Source of the DNA: Solirubrobacteraceae bacterium
Lineage (GTDB): Bacteria; Actinomycetota; Thermoleophilia; Solirubrobacterales; Solirubrobacteraceae
DNA: 64,000 bases
Reading direction: 5' to 3'
NCBI GenBank assembly: GCA_051955355.1
Contig: JBQCGU010000072.1
Location: forward strand, 170-64,169
Part shown: positions 23,313-32,792 of the stretch, in pieces
Layout of the letters: each line of letters begins with the position of its first letter
How positions within the stretch are numbered: position 1 is the stretch's first letter
The notes under the pieces: model-generated
What the model was told of the DNA's origin: nothing
The model's database searches: none
The model's input: the letters and a program-made list of their open reading frames with translations, nothing else
Position numbers and translations under genes: made by a program

Positions 23313-23421
23313 TAACCTCGCGGCCGAAGGTGTCGACCGCTGCCGCAGAAGGTAGCAGACCCTTGTCCGCAGGGACCGCCCAGCCCAACGCGAGGCAGTG
23401 CCGATTGGCGGGTGCACCAGC

Positions 23422-24351
23422 TCAGTCCATCCCCAGCGGACCGCTTGCCGATCCGCTGAGGAACTGGCGCACGAACGGGTTCTCCGAGGAGAACATCCGC
23501 TCGGCGTCCCCCGCCTCGACGATGCGCCCGCGCCAGAGCAGGGCGATGTACTCGCCGATCCGTCGCGCCGAGGCGATGTCGTGGGTGACGACGATGTAGG
23601 TGCCGCCGTTGGCTTCGTGCATCTCCTTGATGAGTTCGCACAAGAGCGCCGTGCGCACCGGATCAAGGCCCGAGTCGGGCTCGTCGAAGATCACCACATC
23701 CGGCTCGGTGACTAGCGCGCGCGCGAAGCCGGCGCGCTTGCGCATCCCGCCCGACAGTTGCGAGGGGAAGACGTCGATCGCGTGGCCGAGGCCCACATCC
23801 ACCAGGCGCTGGGTGACCACCTCGGCGATCTCGCCCTCGCGCATGTCGGTGTGCTGACGCAAAGGAAACGCCACGTTGTCGAACACCGACATCGAACCGA
23901 ACAGCGCGCCGTCCTGAAAGAGCACGCCGATCCGCTGGCGCAGCTTCAGCAGATCGGGCATCGTCAGCTTGGGGACGTGCTTGCCGAGCACTTCGATGTC
24001 GCCCGAGTCGGGGAACATCAAGCCGATCAGGTGCTTGATGAGCACGCTCTTGCCCGTGCCCGAAGGACCGAGCACGACGGTGACCGTGTCGTCGGGAATA
24101 GCGACGTTGAGGCCGTTGAGCACCGGGATGCCCGCCAGGCGCTTGACCACGTCGGTGCAGCGGATCGACCACTCGCGGTCAGTCGAGGAGCCGCTCAGGT
24201 CGAGCTCGCTGGAGTGGTATTGGAACTCCTCCTGCGCCTCCCCGTGGCTGTCCGGCGTCAGAGCATCCTCGAAGGGCTCTGGCGTCTCCCCAGCGTCGGC
24301 GCGGCTCGAGTCAGCGCTGTCCACGGCGCAGATACTAGTCCGAGCAGCCAT
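23422..24351 (-). CDS. MlaF/Mkl (MceG)-like ABC ATPase
   Basis: GPSGTGKS, LFQDGALFGSMSVFDNVAFPL, SGGMRKRAG, FDEPDSGLDP; near Mce cluster. Confidence 0.92.
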   Translation of the reverse strand: MAARTSICAVDSADSSRADAGETPEPFEDALTPDSHGEAQEEFQYHSSELDLSGSSTDREWSIRCTDVVKRLAGIPVLNGLNVAIPDDTVTVVLGPSGTGKSVLIKHLIGLMFPDSGDIEVLGKHVPKLTMPDLLKLRQRIGVLFQDGALFGSMSVFDNVAFPLRQHTDMREGEIAEVVTQRLVDVGLGHAIDVFPSQLSGGMRKRAGFARALVTEPDVVIFDEPDSGLDPVRTALLCELIKEMHEANGGTYIVVTHDIASARRIGEYIALLWRGRIVEAGDAERMFSSENPFVRQFLSGSASGPLGMD

Positions 24352-24367
24352 CTGCAATCAATCCCCG

Positions 24368-24387
24368 CTACATAAAGATTTATGTAG
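24368..24387. promoter_or_regulatory. Perfect inverted repeat CTACATAAA-GA-TTTATGTAG, candidate operator
   Basis: 9-2-9 palindrome between divergent ATPase and TetR genes. Confidence 0.6.
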
Positions 24388-24402
24388 TAGGCGGTACCTC
24401 AC

Positions 24403-24432
24403 TTGACATTCCGAGGCTGAGCGGTCTACGAT
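24403..24432 (+). promoter_or_regulatory. Sigma70-type promoter TTGACA-N18-TACGAT for TetR gene
   Basis: Consensus -35 at 24403-24408, -10 at 24427-24432. Confidence 0.55.
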
Positions 24433-24559
24433 CGAACGCAGAGGCAATCATCACGGCTGGGAAGCAGCGCTGAGACCGACGCACAGCCCGCCCGAAGCAA
24501 GCGTTGGAGGACGCGGTTCGCAAGGCACACGCTATGCCCCAGCCGAACTGGGAGGCGGC

Positions 24560-25243
24560 ATGTTCCACGACAGGCACTTCGCGGACGGAGACGGAGTCCC
24601 CGCGGAGGCCCCTCCCCAGGCATCCACGCTGACCGTCGCACAGCGAGGCGATCCCCGCCGACGGATGCTCGACGCGATGATCCACACGGTGGCCCTGCGC
24701 GGTTATGAGCGCGCAACCGTCAGCCGCATGCTCACCTACGCCGAGCTGCCCGAGGCTGTTTTCAGCGAGCACTTCACCGACAAGCACGACTGCTTCATGC
24801 AGGCGCTCGACGAGCTGATCACCAGCGCCGAGCGCGCGGCGATCGAGCACTTCGCCCTGCCCGTGCCGTGGCGTGAGCGGGTGAGGGACGCGCTGGGCAG
24901 TCTCGTCGACGCCCTCGTCTGCAACGAAGATGCAGCCAGGGTGCTGTTCGTCGAGATGCTCGCCGCCGGACCAGCCGCCCTGGAGCGCCAGCACCAAGCG
25001 CTAGAGCTGTTCACCTCGCTCGTCGAGCAGGGCCGCTCGTTGGCGCCCCACGCCGACCAACTTGCACCGCAGACCTCCGAAGCGATTGTCGGGGGGATCG
25101 CTTCGATCCTGCACCGGCGGGCGCTGCAGGGAGAAGTCGCGCAGCTTCCGACACTGCTCCCCGAGCTTGTCTACTTCGTACTGCTGCCTTACCTGGACCA
25201 GAGTGAGGCGATGAGCGCCGCAGAGCTGCCCACGGCGGCCTAG
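24560..25243 (+). CDS. TetR/AcrR family regulator
   Basis: RRRMLDAMIHTVALRGYERATV...F.EHF..K..CF; RBS GGGAGG. Confidence 0.85.
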   Translation: MFHDRHFADGDGVPAEAPPQASTLTVAQRGDPRRRMLDAMIHTVALRGYERATVSRMLTYAELPEAVFSEHFTDKHDCFMQALDELITSAERAAIEHFALPVPWRERVRDALGSLVDALVCNEDAARVLFVEMLAAGPAALERQHQALELFTSLVEQGRSLAPHADQLAPQTSEAIVGGIASILHRRALQGEVAQLPTLLPELVYFVLLPYLDQSEAMSAAELPTAA

Positions 25244-25553
25244 CGGCATCTTCCAGGCACTAGCCGACTTCTTGCGGGACGACCTCCTTGACGCTTAAAG
25301 GTGGCCGGCTCACTCTGTAACCACCGTGTCTGAGTAGGGCTTCGGTGGCAGTCGACCCAGCCCCGGAATTCCACCCAGAGGCCGTCGAGAGATCTCATGC
25401 CACTCGATAAGCAACCTCGAGACAAGACACGAAGCCCCGTTCCAGATGTCGATACGACCTTCGTCCAGGCGGCTTGCATCTTTGACCACTCCCGGATTAC
25501 TATCTTCATGCGTTCTAATTCTTAGGACGATTCGAAAGTCAAAGGAGGTCGTC

Positions 25554-25913
25554 ATGAAGCGCCTACTGTCGCTTCTCTTGCCGGCTGCCGCCACAGTAAT
25601 CGCACTTACTTGCATATCTGTGCCGGCAGCCTCTGCCAGCTGGGAAGGTGGATGTGAAAAATGCACCAAAATCAGTGGACCCAATGAAACCCTCGATATA
25701 ACCAGCACCGAAAATATGTCCGGAAAAGGCGTGTGTGCCATTCTCTGGAAATACAACGGTGGCACAAACTATAACGTTGAACAGGAAGTGTGTGGCGCAG
25801 AAGCCACGCTCGCCGTCGCCAAAATACCGAGCACAATCACCGGACATGGCGAGGGTGAAGCATGGTTCCGTGAATTCACGTACAGGCTCTTACTATTTCA
25901 GTGGATACAATAG
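25554..25913 (+). CDS. Small secreted Cys-containing protein, low GC, unknown function
   Basis: RBS AAGGAGGT; signal peptide ending ASA; mature part with 4 Cys; AT-rich codon usage. Confidence 0.75.
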   Translation: MKRLLSLLLPAAATVIALTCISVPAASASWEGGCEKCTKISGPNETLDITSTENMSGKGVCAILWKYNGGTNYNVEQEVCGAEATLAVAKIPSTITGHGEGEAWFREFTYRLLLFQWIQ

Positions 25914-26569
25914 CCATGATAAAGCTAAGACTAAACATGCAATCGATACTCTCGAAAAACAGTGGCAGCCGCCTCATGCGGCGCGTCTCGGCCGTAGGCA
26001 TCGTCATAGCCGTCGGCATATTCGGTTCGTTTGCCTATGCAAGTGTTGGGCATAAGGCGGCGACGACATTCAAGAACGAAAAGAGCCAGTCGCCGCCTTC
26101 TGCGCATTTTTCAGTGCTAACGCACCCTCCGCATTGGGCGCAGCGAATAGTAGGCGTGAGCAGTGACCGCCGGTCGCCTCATGCCATCCTTGCATCGACA
26201 CTCGATGGCAGCGAGCTATACGTGTCCGAAGAAATCAGTACCGCGTCCGGCGAACAACTCGTTTGCCTCACGGTGCAGGAAGCCAACGGAGCCACGAGCC
26301 ACGTATGCGCTTTACGCAGCGACGCCGAGCAGCACGGGCTCGTTGTAAAGGACGCTAGCCGCACAGCTACTGGTCTCCGTACTAGGGTCGACATGCTAAT
26401 GCCGGACGGCACTAGTGACATCAGCGTCACTGGTAATCACGAACGACGCACGATTGCGTTGCACAATAATGTCGCCCAAACAGAGATCGGTCACGTCGAA
26501 TCAGTGACATATACCCTTCCCGACGGCGCAGTAAGAACCGTACTCATCCCATCCGGCGCGGAAGAATAA
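25901..26569 (+). CDS. Membrane-anchored/secreted protein, low GC, unknown function
   Basis: N-terminal hydrophobic segment, 2 Cys, PDG motifs; start may be 25916 or 25937. Confidence 0.7.
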   Translation: MDTIAMIKLRLNMQSILSKNSGSRLMRRVSAVGIVIAVGIFGSFAYASVGHKAATTFKNEKSQSPPSAHFSVLTHPPHWAQRIVGVSSDRRSPHAILASTLDGSELYVSEEISTASGEQLVCLTVQEANGATSHVCALRSDAEQHGLVVKDASRTATGLRTRVDMLMPDGTSDISVTGNHERRTIALHNNVAQTEIGHVESVTYTLPDGAVRTVLIPSGAEE

Positions 26570-26583
26570 TCAACTGCAGCATA

Positions 26584-26624
26584 GGGCTGGCTAGGTCCGG
26601 CAGCGTTACCGACCTAGCCAGCCC
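26584..26624. terminator. 14-bp perfect hairpin between convergent genes
   Basis: GGGCTGGCTAGGTC / GACCTAGCCAGCCC with 13-nt loop. Confidence 0.75.
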
Positions 26625-26730
26625 CAGTTGGTAGTCGTCGATCCCACTGAACCGATCGTGCTCTCCACTGTCACTGGTGCAAACGCCCTATCGAGCTGGC
26701 TCCGGGCGGCGTCAACTCCCAACCCAACGC

Positions 26731-28242
26731 TTACTTGAACGGCGTCGCGTGTGGGAACTGGCTGGTCTGGCCGTTGAACGCGAACGGACCCTGCTGCTTG
26801 CACGGCGGAGCGGGCACTTCATTGGTGGCGCTGCCAGGCCGGTTGGCGACGTGGTAGTTGAGCAGCAGCTGTATCGCTTCCTTGAGTTCCTGGCTGACCG
26901 GTTCGCTCGATTCGTCGCTCAGCGCGGGTGCTGAGTCTGAGCACGAGCGGCTGTCGAACACCGGGAGGCCACTCGCGAGCTGGTTGAAGGTGCCAGGCAG
27001 CGGATAGGCGTTGGCGCGGTTGGTGCCGATGCGCTGCTGGTAGATGGACAGTCCTTCGGGGGTGAACACGTTCATGACCCGCAGGAAATGTTGAGGCCCT
27101 CCGCCGGTGACGTTCCCGTTTTTTTCGTGTGGCTGGCTGGCAGCCGTGGCATTCGCGAACAGCGCTTCGAGCTCTGGCACGTACATGCTCGTGTAAGCCA
27201 GGAACGGGTTGAAGTTGTGAAGCACCGGGTCGAGTGCCGCCAGCACCGGCTCGGTGAGCTTTGTGAACTGCTTGACGGTTGGCAATCCCTTCTTGGCCGC
27301 CTTCGTGAATCGTCCGAGCGAGGTCAGGAAGGCGTCGAACTGAGGCGCAAACGGCTTCGTCGCCTCGAGCAGCGGCGCCAGCTGTTCCTCGGCGGGACGG
27401 ATCTGGTCGAGCAGCGGCACCGCATCGGTGGCGAAGCTGTCGAGACTGCGCAACGCCGTGCGCGAGTTGCGCTCGAAGGGCGGCAGCAGTTGGAAGGCGT
27501 GCGCAAACGCCTGGCTGGCTTGAGCGGCGCCGTGAATCGCGTGCTCGCCGTTGGCGAACAGGCCACGGAACTGCCCCTCGCGTTCGGTGAGCGCGTCGAA
27601 CACGGTACCTGTGTTGTGGATCGAGGCACGCAGCGCGCCCTCCTGGGCGTCGAGCACCGTGACCAGCTTGTTGGCCGATTCGACGAACGGCAGCAGCGAG
27701 CCGAACGAGGCGTTGATCTGTTCGCCGCGGTGATTGAAGCTTTCGGCGAGCGACTGCATCCACACCTGGAACGACTTGCGCGTCTTGGTGTCGAACGCCG
27801 CCAGGACGTCGTCGAGCGTCACCGACGGTTCGACCTGGATGTTCGGCAGCTGGCCTTCGTCTTTCAGCGGCGGCGCCGCGCGGCTCTCAGGGATCAGTTG
27901 AACATAGGTCTCTCCGAGCAGCGTCTTCTGGCGGAGGATCGCGTGCATGTCCGAGCGGATCGGCGCGTACTTGCTGGCGATTTCGATCGTGGCGTGGGTG
28001 CGGCCGTCTTTGCCCAGCTTGAGGCTCACGACATGGCCAACGGGCACACCGCTGATGCGCACATCGGACTGTTCTGCCAGCAGAAGCGTGCGCGGGAAGG
28101 CGATCGTGAAGCGGTAGCTCTTGGACTTCAACGGAACCGGGCCGCCGAAGGACTCCCACATGAAGAGCAGCAGCCCGAAGCAGCTGAGCGCGAACAGAAC
28201 GATCACGAGCAGGTTGCCGAGCGTGGGGGCGCGCTTTTGCAT
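26731..28242 (-). CDS. MCE/MlaD family protein
   Basis: N-terminal TM, SDVRISGVPVGHV, RQKTLLGETYVQL, long helical region. Confidence 0.92.
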   Translation of the reverse strand: MQKRAPTLGNLLVIVLFALSCFGLLLFMWESFGGPVPLKSKSYRFTIAFPRTLLLAEQSDVRISGVPVGHVVSLKLGKDGRTHATIEIASKYAPIRSDMHAILRQKTLLGETYVQLIPESRAAPPLKDEGQLPNIQVEPSVTLDDVLAAFDTKTRKSFQVWMQSLAESFNHRGEQINASFGSLLPFVESANKLVTVLDAQEGALRASIHNTGTVFDALTEREGQFRGLFANGEHAIHGAAQASQAFAHAFQLLPPFERNSRTALRSLDSFATDAVPLLDQIRPAEEQLAPLLEATKPFAPQFDAFLTSLGRFTKAAKKGLPTVKQFTKLTEPVLAALDPVLHNFNPFLAYTSMYVPELEALFANATAASQPHEKNGNVTGGGPQHFLRVMNVFTPEGLSIYQQRIGTNRANAYPLPGTFNQLASGLPVFDSRSCSDSAPALSDESSEPVSQELKEAIQLLLNYHVANRPGSATNEVPAPPCKQQGPFAFNGQTSQFPHATPFK

Positions 28243-28245
28243 CTG

Positions 28246-29745
28246 CTAGCGCCCCCCTCCGCCGCTGCCGGCAAGACGTGCGAAGGCGCTGCTCTTCGAC
28301 GCCAGCAATCCGTTAGCCCCGCTGGCGCTGGAGCTTGAGCCCACACGACTGGCTGAGGCTTTGCTCGAGCTGGATGTGGCTGCCGGAGCCTTCAGACCGA
28401 ATTGAACGCATTCTTCACCTGTGGGCGGTTTGAGTAGGGCCACGGCGACCTTGACAGAGCTATTCACCGCCCCAACCGCTTTGAGGAGCGGGAGCACTTC
28501 ACAATTGAGATAAGCGAGTGTGCGTCCGACCGGACCGTGAGCATCGGCCGTGCTCAGCACGCTGTTGAGGTCGTGGTTGGCCCAGTCGAGGAAGAACATG
28601 AAGCCGCCCTGCTTCGGCCCTGGGTTGTAACCGAGCTCGTTGAAGAATTCGTTGAACACGGTGAAGCTCGTCACCAGCTCGGGGGCCGCTTCGGCGAACT
28701 GCTTCAGCGTCGGCTTGAACTGGTTGAAGATCGGCTGCACCCGGCGTGCGAACGGCCCGATTTCGTTCTTGAAGATCGGGGCTGTGTGCCGGAACAGCGG
28801 ACGCGAGGCTTCCTCGGCCGGAGCCACCGCCTTGGCCCATGGCTCGAGTGCCTTGAGTGTCGGCCCTGTGACTTCGGAGGCCGCGGCCAGCTTGCCCAGG
28901 CCGCTGCGCGTCTTTGCAAGCGCGCCGGGCAGCAGGTGCAGCGTGCTCTGCAGCGCCTGATCCTGTTCGGCGAACGTCTTGAAGACTGTGTTTGAAGCCT
29001 TGATCAGCTGCGCCAGTTCGGTGTCCTTGCCGCCAACGGCATTCATGACGAGCTGGAAGTTGTGGACCGAGCGTTCGATGTTGCGGCTGCGCAGCTGGAG
29101 CTGGCTGGTGATCTCACGGATATAGCGGGCGATCGGATCGAAGCGCTTGAACGTCGCCGACAAGTTGGAGGCGTTGCCCTTCAGGCCTTCGCCAGCACCG
29201 GCGAGCAGCTCCTGCAAATAGGCGCGCGTTTCGCCGTCGAGTGCCGAGAGGAATTCGTCGAAGTTGACGTTCGGCGCGGTCTGGGCGAGCGGCAGTCTGT
29301 AGCCGCCCGGTATGCGTCCAGCCGATGGCGTGCCGGGATCTATCTCCACGGTCATGTCGTTCAACTGTGTCTTGGGGCGCAGTAGAGCTGTGGCGTTGCG
29401 ATAGATGTAGTGCGCGTACCTGGGCGTCAGGTTCATCGTCACGAGCGCGTTGCCCTGATGCTGTTCCACGCGCGCGATTTCACCGATCTTCGCGCCGGCG
29501 ATCGTCACAGCCTGTCCCTGACCGGGCGTGAGCGCCTGCCCCGTCTCGAAGTCGCCCGTAAGCGTGTAGTAGCTCTTGCCCACGATGGGCACCCAACCGG
29601 GCAGCGACAGGCGCTCCTGAGTGAGGATGTAGCCGCCGACGAGCACGGCAAGCACGATCATCGCCACGACAGAGATGAACGCCGTGCGGTAACGCGCGAT
29701 CTGATCGCGAATGCCACGCTCGCCGTGGGACTGAGTCGCCATCAT
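28246..29745 (-). CDS. MCE/MlaD family protein
   Basis: TM, GQAVTIAGAKIGEI, LRPKTQLNDMTVEIDPG. Confidence 0.92.
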   Translation of the reverse strand: MMATQSHGERGIRDQIARYRTAFISVVAMIVLAVLVGGYILTQERLSLPGWVPIVGKSYYTLTGDFETGQALTPGQGQAVTIAGAKIGEIARVEQHQGNALVTMNLTPRYAHYIYRNATALLRPKTQLNDMTVEIDPGTPSAGRIPGGYRLPLAQTAPNVNFDEFLSALDGETRAYLQELLAGAGEGLKGNASNLSATFKRFDPIARYIREITSQLQLRSRNIERSVHNFQLVMNAVGGKDTELAQLIKASNTVFKTFAEQDQALQSTLHLLPGALAKTRSGLGKLAAASEVTGPTLKALEPWAKAVAPAEEASRPLFRHTAPIFKNEIGPFARRVQPIFNQFKPTLKQFAEAAPELVTSFTVFNEFFNELGYNPGPKQGGFMFFLDWANHDLNSVLSTADAHGPVGRTLAYLNCEVLPLLKAVGAVNSSVKVAVALLKPPTGEECVQFGLKAPAATSSSSKASASRVGSSSSASGANGLLASKSSAFARLAGSGGGGR

Positions 29746-31244
29746 TCGCTCCCGTCCGCCGGACCCTGGGAGAGCGGGCCGTTGAAGTCAGGGACCTTCT
29801 GCGTGTAGCAGGGCACGAGCGGCTTATAGGGAGGCTCGCTCGCTGGGAAGGCCGGACGTGTGCCTTCCGGAGTGTCGGCGGTGTGTGCCAACAGCCTGAA
29901 GCCGGCGCGCGTTTTCTCGCCGACGACAGAGGCTGGACGCGAGCGAAGCGTCTGGGTGCCGGTGCTGATGAGGAAGCGCGGCATCAGGCCGTTGCCGTCG
30001 AAGTTCTCGCCTGTGCCGGCGAAGCCCACCATCGCCTCCCAGAATTCCTTGTAGTTTTCGACACCCGAGGTGTTCGGTCCGTCCTGAAGCTTGGCGTTGC
30101 CCGACGGGAAGATGACGTTCGTGAAGCACTTGGCGAGCGCATCCCCCTGCTTGAAGAGCGAGTTCTGTGCGTTGACGATCTGAGCGAGCGTCGGCGAGGC
30201 GGCGCTCAGGCTCTTAGCCAGCCCGCCGAGCTCGCTCGGCGTCAGGGTTGCCTTCACTTGTTCTATCCACGGGAGCGCCGCAGCGATCGTCGAGGGCAGC
30301 TGTTCGACTCCGGGGACGAGGTCGAGCGAGAACGCGCGGATCGACGGTGCCGCCGCGTTGAAGCCCGTGAATGCGCGGCGGGCGTTGCGCAGCGTCCCCG
30401 GCAGCTCGGCGACCGCTGCGCTCACGCTGCTCGACTGAGCGGCGAAGGCGCCGAGGAAAGTGTTGAAGTTGGCGACCAATTCGCCGAGCTGCTGCTCGTG
30501 CACGTTGAGCGCCGCCGTGAAGCGCCCGACGCCGGCGACCAGCTTGGAAAGGTCGTGCTGTTCGACGCCGCCAAGCGCCTGGTTGACGACCGCGCCGCCC
30601 CTCAGGCCTTCCGGCGCTTCGATGTACGACTTTTTCAACGCCTGCGCGGCGTTCAGCCCGCGCACCGCCGGGTTCTGTTCGGCGTCCTGTTCGGGCGTCG
30701 GCTTCTGCGTGAGCGCCTTGCCGTATTCAGCCAAGAACGTCTGCAGGTTGGCGCGCGTGTCGGTGTTGAGCGCGTCGAGCACCTGGTCGAGCTGCACCGG
30801 ATCGGATGTCTGGGTGATCGGGATCGTGTGGCCGGAGGAGACGGTGGGCGCTGAGGGTGTGCCGGGCTGCAGTTCGACGAACCAGTTGCCTTCCAGAAAC
30901 GTGCGCGGTCGGATCTTCAGTGTGGCGTCCGAGTGAATCGGCAGGCCGGCGCCTGAGATTTCCATCGTCACCACGCCCGCATTGCCCTCGCGCTGGACCG
31001 ACTTGACGACACCGACGTCGACGCCCGCGACGCGCACGGGCGACTTCGGGCTGATGTTCAGGGCGCTCTGGAACACCGCGTTGAGCCGATAGCCGTGCGT
31101 GAACGGGACGCGCTTGGTGAAACCGAAATAGACGACGACCGCCACGATGGCAAGGACGACCAGCCCGAAGCGGACGGGGTTGGAGCGCTGAAGCTCGGGG
31201 ACGGGCAGCTCCTGGTAGCGCCGCCACCAGCGCACGCGGCTCAT
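29742..31244 (-). CDS. MCE/MlaD family protein
   Basis: TM, SPVRVAGVDVGVV, IRPRTFLEGNWFVELQPG. Confidence 0.92.
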   Translation of the reverse strand: MSRVRWWRRYQELPVPELQRSNPVRFGLVVLAIVAVVVYFGFTKRVPFTHGYRLNAVFQSALNISPKSPVRVAGVDVGVVKSVQREGNAGVVTMEISGAGLPIHSDATLKIRPRTFLEGNWFVELQPGTPSAPTVSSGHTIPITQTSDPVQLDQVLDALNTDTRANLQTFLAEYGKALTQKPTPEQDAEQNPAVRGLNAAQALKKSYIEAPEGLRGGAVVNQALGGVEQHDLSKLVAGVGRFTAALNVHEQQLGELVANFNTFLGAFAAQSSSVSAAVAELPGTLRNARRAFTGFNAAAPSIRAFSLDLVPGVEQLPSTIAAALPWIEQVKATLTPSELGGLAKSLSAASPTLAQIVNAQNSLFKQGDALAKCFTNVIFPSGNAKLQDGPNTSGVENYKEFWEAMVGFAGTGENFDGNGLMPRFLISTGTQTLRSRPASVVGEKTRAGFRLLAHTADTPEGTRPAFPASEPPYKPLVPCYTQKVPDFNGPLSQGPADGSE

Positions 31245-32791
31245 TTGCGCTTCCCTTTCTTCTTGTTCGGGTGCGCCAGTTCGACCGCTTCTTTGCCGAG
31301 GTCTTCGAGCGTCTTCTGGGGGTACGTTTCGCCGAAGCGGTCTTGGTTGCGACCGGTCTTGTCGTAAGCCTTGCCGGAGGCGGGGGCGTTGCCGATCACC
31401 GTCTTGCCTTGGACGTACTGCTCGTTGCCCGCTTCGCAGACACTCGATCCCACCTTCGGATAGGGGTTGGCGTGCAGGTGATTGTCTTCGATTTTTTCGC
31501 CTGAGCCGTTCTTATCGAACGATGTGCTGTTCGCCGGCGCCGACGCGGGGATCCCCTCGTTGTTGGGATTCACTTCGTTTGCCGCCCCGGTGGGCGAGCC
31601 GGCCGGAGCAAGCAGCGGTGCGGCGCGAGCGAGCGTGCCCACGCCGATGCTCTCGGACAGCAGGTTGGAGATGTTGCGGAAGGCGAGAGTGCCGTAGTTG
31701 CAGTCGACCTGCGCGTTCCTCAAGCCGGTCACGAGGGGGGTGCCGAGCGTGACGGTGTGCGTGAGGTCTTCGAGCGTGGTCTGAACGATGGGGTTCTGAG
31801 CGAAGGCTCCGAGTGCCTTGGACGCTTCGGCGACATCCCTGTTGAGGGCGGTCGCCTCGCGCAAATTGACGGCGCCGACCGCGAACGCATGCCCGATCGG
31901 TTGGGCGGTGGTGCGCAGCGCTTCCGCACCAGGACGCAGCAGGCGCATGAACTCGGTGCTCTTTTCCACGAAAGGAGCCTCGAAGGGCAGCGAGTGCGTG
32001 GCCTGGCGCAGAGATGCCGGCCCTTCGACAATCGCTTCTTCGAGCGATGGAGCGACGCTGGCCCACGCGGCGAAGAACGCATCAAGGTCGCTGTAGAACC
32101 CGGCCTGAGCGTGTGCGACCGGGGCCACTTCTGTGGCTGCACGGTCAAGGGCAACCCACAGCTCGTGGAAGCCCGTCTGCGGCGAGGCCAGGTTGTGCAG
32201 CACGGGAATGGCCTTGTTGACGAGAGGGCGCAGCTCGGCGAGCGTTTCGTTCAATTCGATGCCGCGTCCAGCCAGCCCGTTGCCGAAGGTGGTGGAGTTG
32301 ACCTGCGCGGCTTCCCGCGTCTTCTTGTCGAACATGCCGAACAGCTGGTCGATGTCGACCGGTTCGCGCGTGTGCGACAGCGGGATCGTGGCGCCCGCTT
32401 TGAGCGTCTGCGCCGAGCTGCCCTTCGACAGGGACAGGTACTTCAACCCGATCGGCGAGACCGACTGCACTACCGCGGTCGTGTCGGCGGGCAGCGGTTC
32501 GACACCCTTTTCGAGCTTCAGGTGGGCGATCGCGGTCACCCGTCCTGTGGATGAGTCCTCGTGCGGGCTCAACGACCCCACCATGCCGACACGCGTGCCG
32601 GCGATCTTCACCTGGCTGCCCGGCTGCACGCCCGAGGCGTTCGGCAGCTGCACGCTGATGTCGTACGTCGGCGTGAACGGCAGGCCGTTGTTCGCGTTGT
32701 AGGAGAGGTAGACGGCGACGACCGCAATCAGCGTCGTGATCGCCCCTATCAGAAGCGGGCTGCCGGCGAGCGATGTGGAGCGGCGATTCAT
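31241..32791 (-). CDS. MCE/MlaD family protein
   Basis: MNRRSTSLAGSPLLIG TM, GSQVKIAGTRVGMV, SPIGLKYLSL. Confidence 0.92.
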   Translation of the reverse strand: MNRRSTSLAGSPLLIGAITTLIAVVAVYLSYNANNGLPFTPTYDISVQLPNASGVQPGSQVKIAGTRVGMVGSLSPHEDSSTGRVTAIAHLKLEKGVEPLPADTTAVVQSVSPIGLKYLSLSKGSSAQTLKAGATIPLSHTREPVDIDQLFGMFDKKTREAAQVNSTTFGNGLAGRGIELNETLAELRPLVNKAIPVLHNLASPQTGFHELWVALDRAATEVAPVAHAQAGFYSDLDAFFAAWASVAPSLEEAIVEGPASLRQATHSLPFEAPFVEKSTEFMRLLRPGAEALRTTAQPIGHAFAVGAVNLREATALNRDVAEASKALGAFAQNPIVQTTLEDLTHTVTLGTPLVTGLRNAQVDCNYGTLAFRNISNLLSESIGVGTLARAAPLLAPAGSPTGAANEVNPNNEGIPASAPANSTSFDKNGSGEKIEDNHLHANPYPKVGSSVCEAGNEQYVQGKTVIGNAPASGKAYDKTGRNQDRFGETYPQKTLEDLGKEAVELAHPNKKKGKRK

Positions 32792-32792
32792 C

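Noticed and set aside
23281-23325. CCCGAACC...AGCTAACCTCG resembling the 3' part of a c-di-AMP riboswitch
   Set aside because: Wrong strand for the helicase gene and the other conserved segments are absent
25554-25913. Lactococcin 972-like bacteriocin call
   Set aside because: Only size and signal peptide agree; the family's His/Ser motifs are not visible
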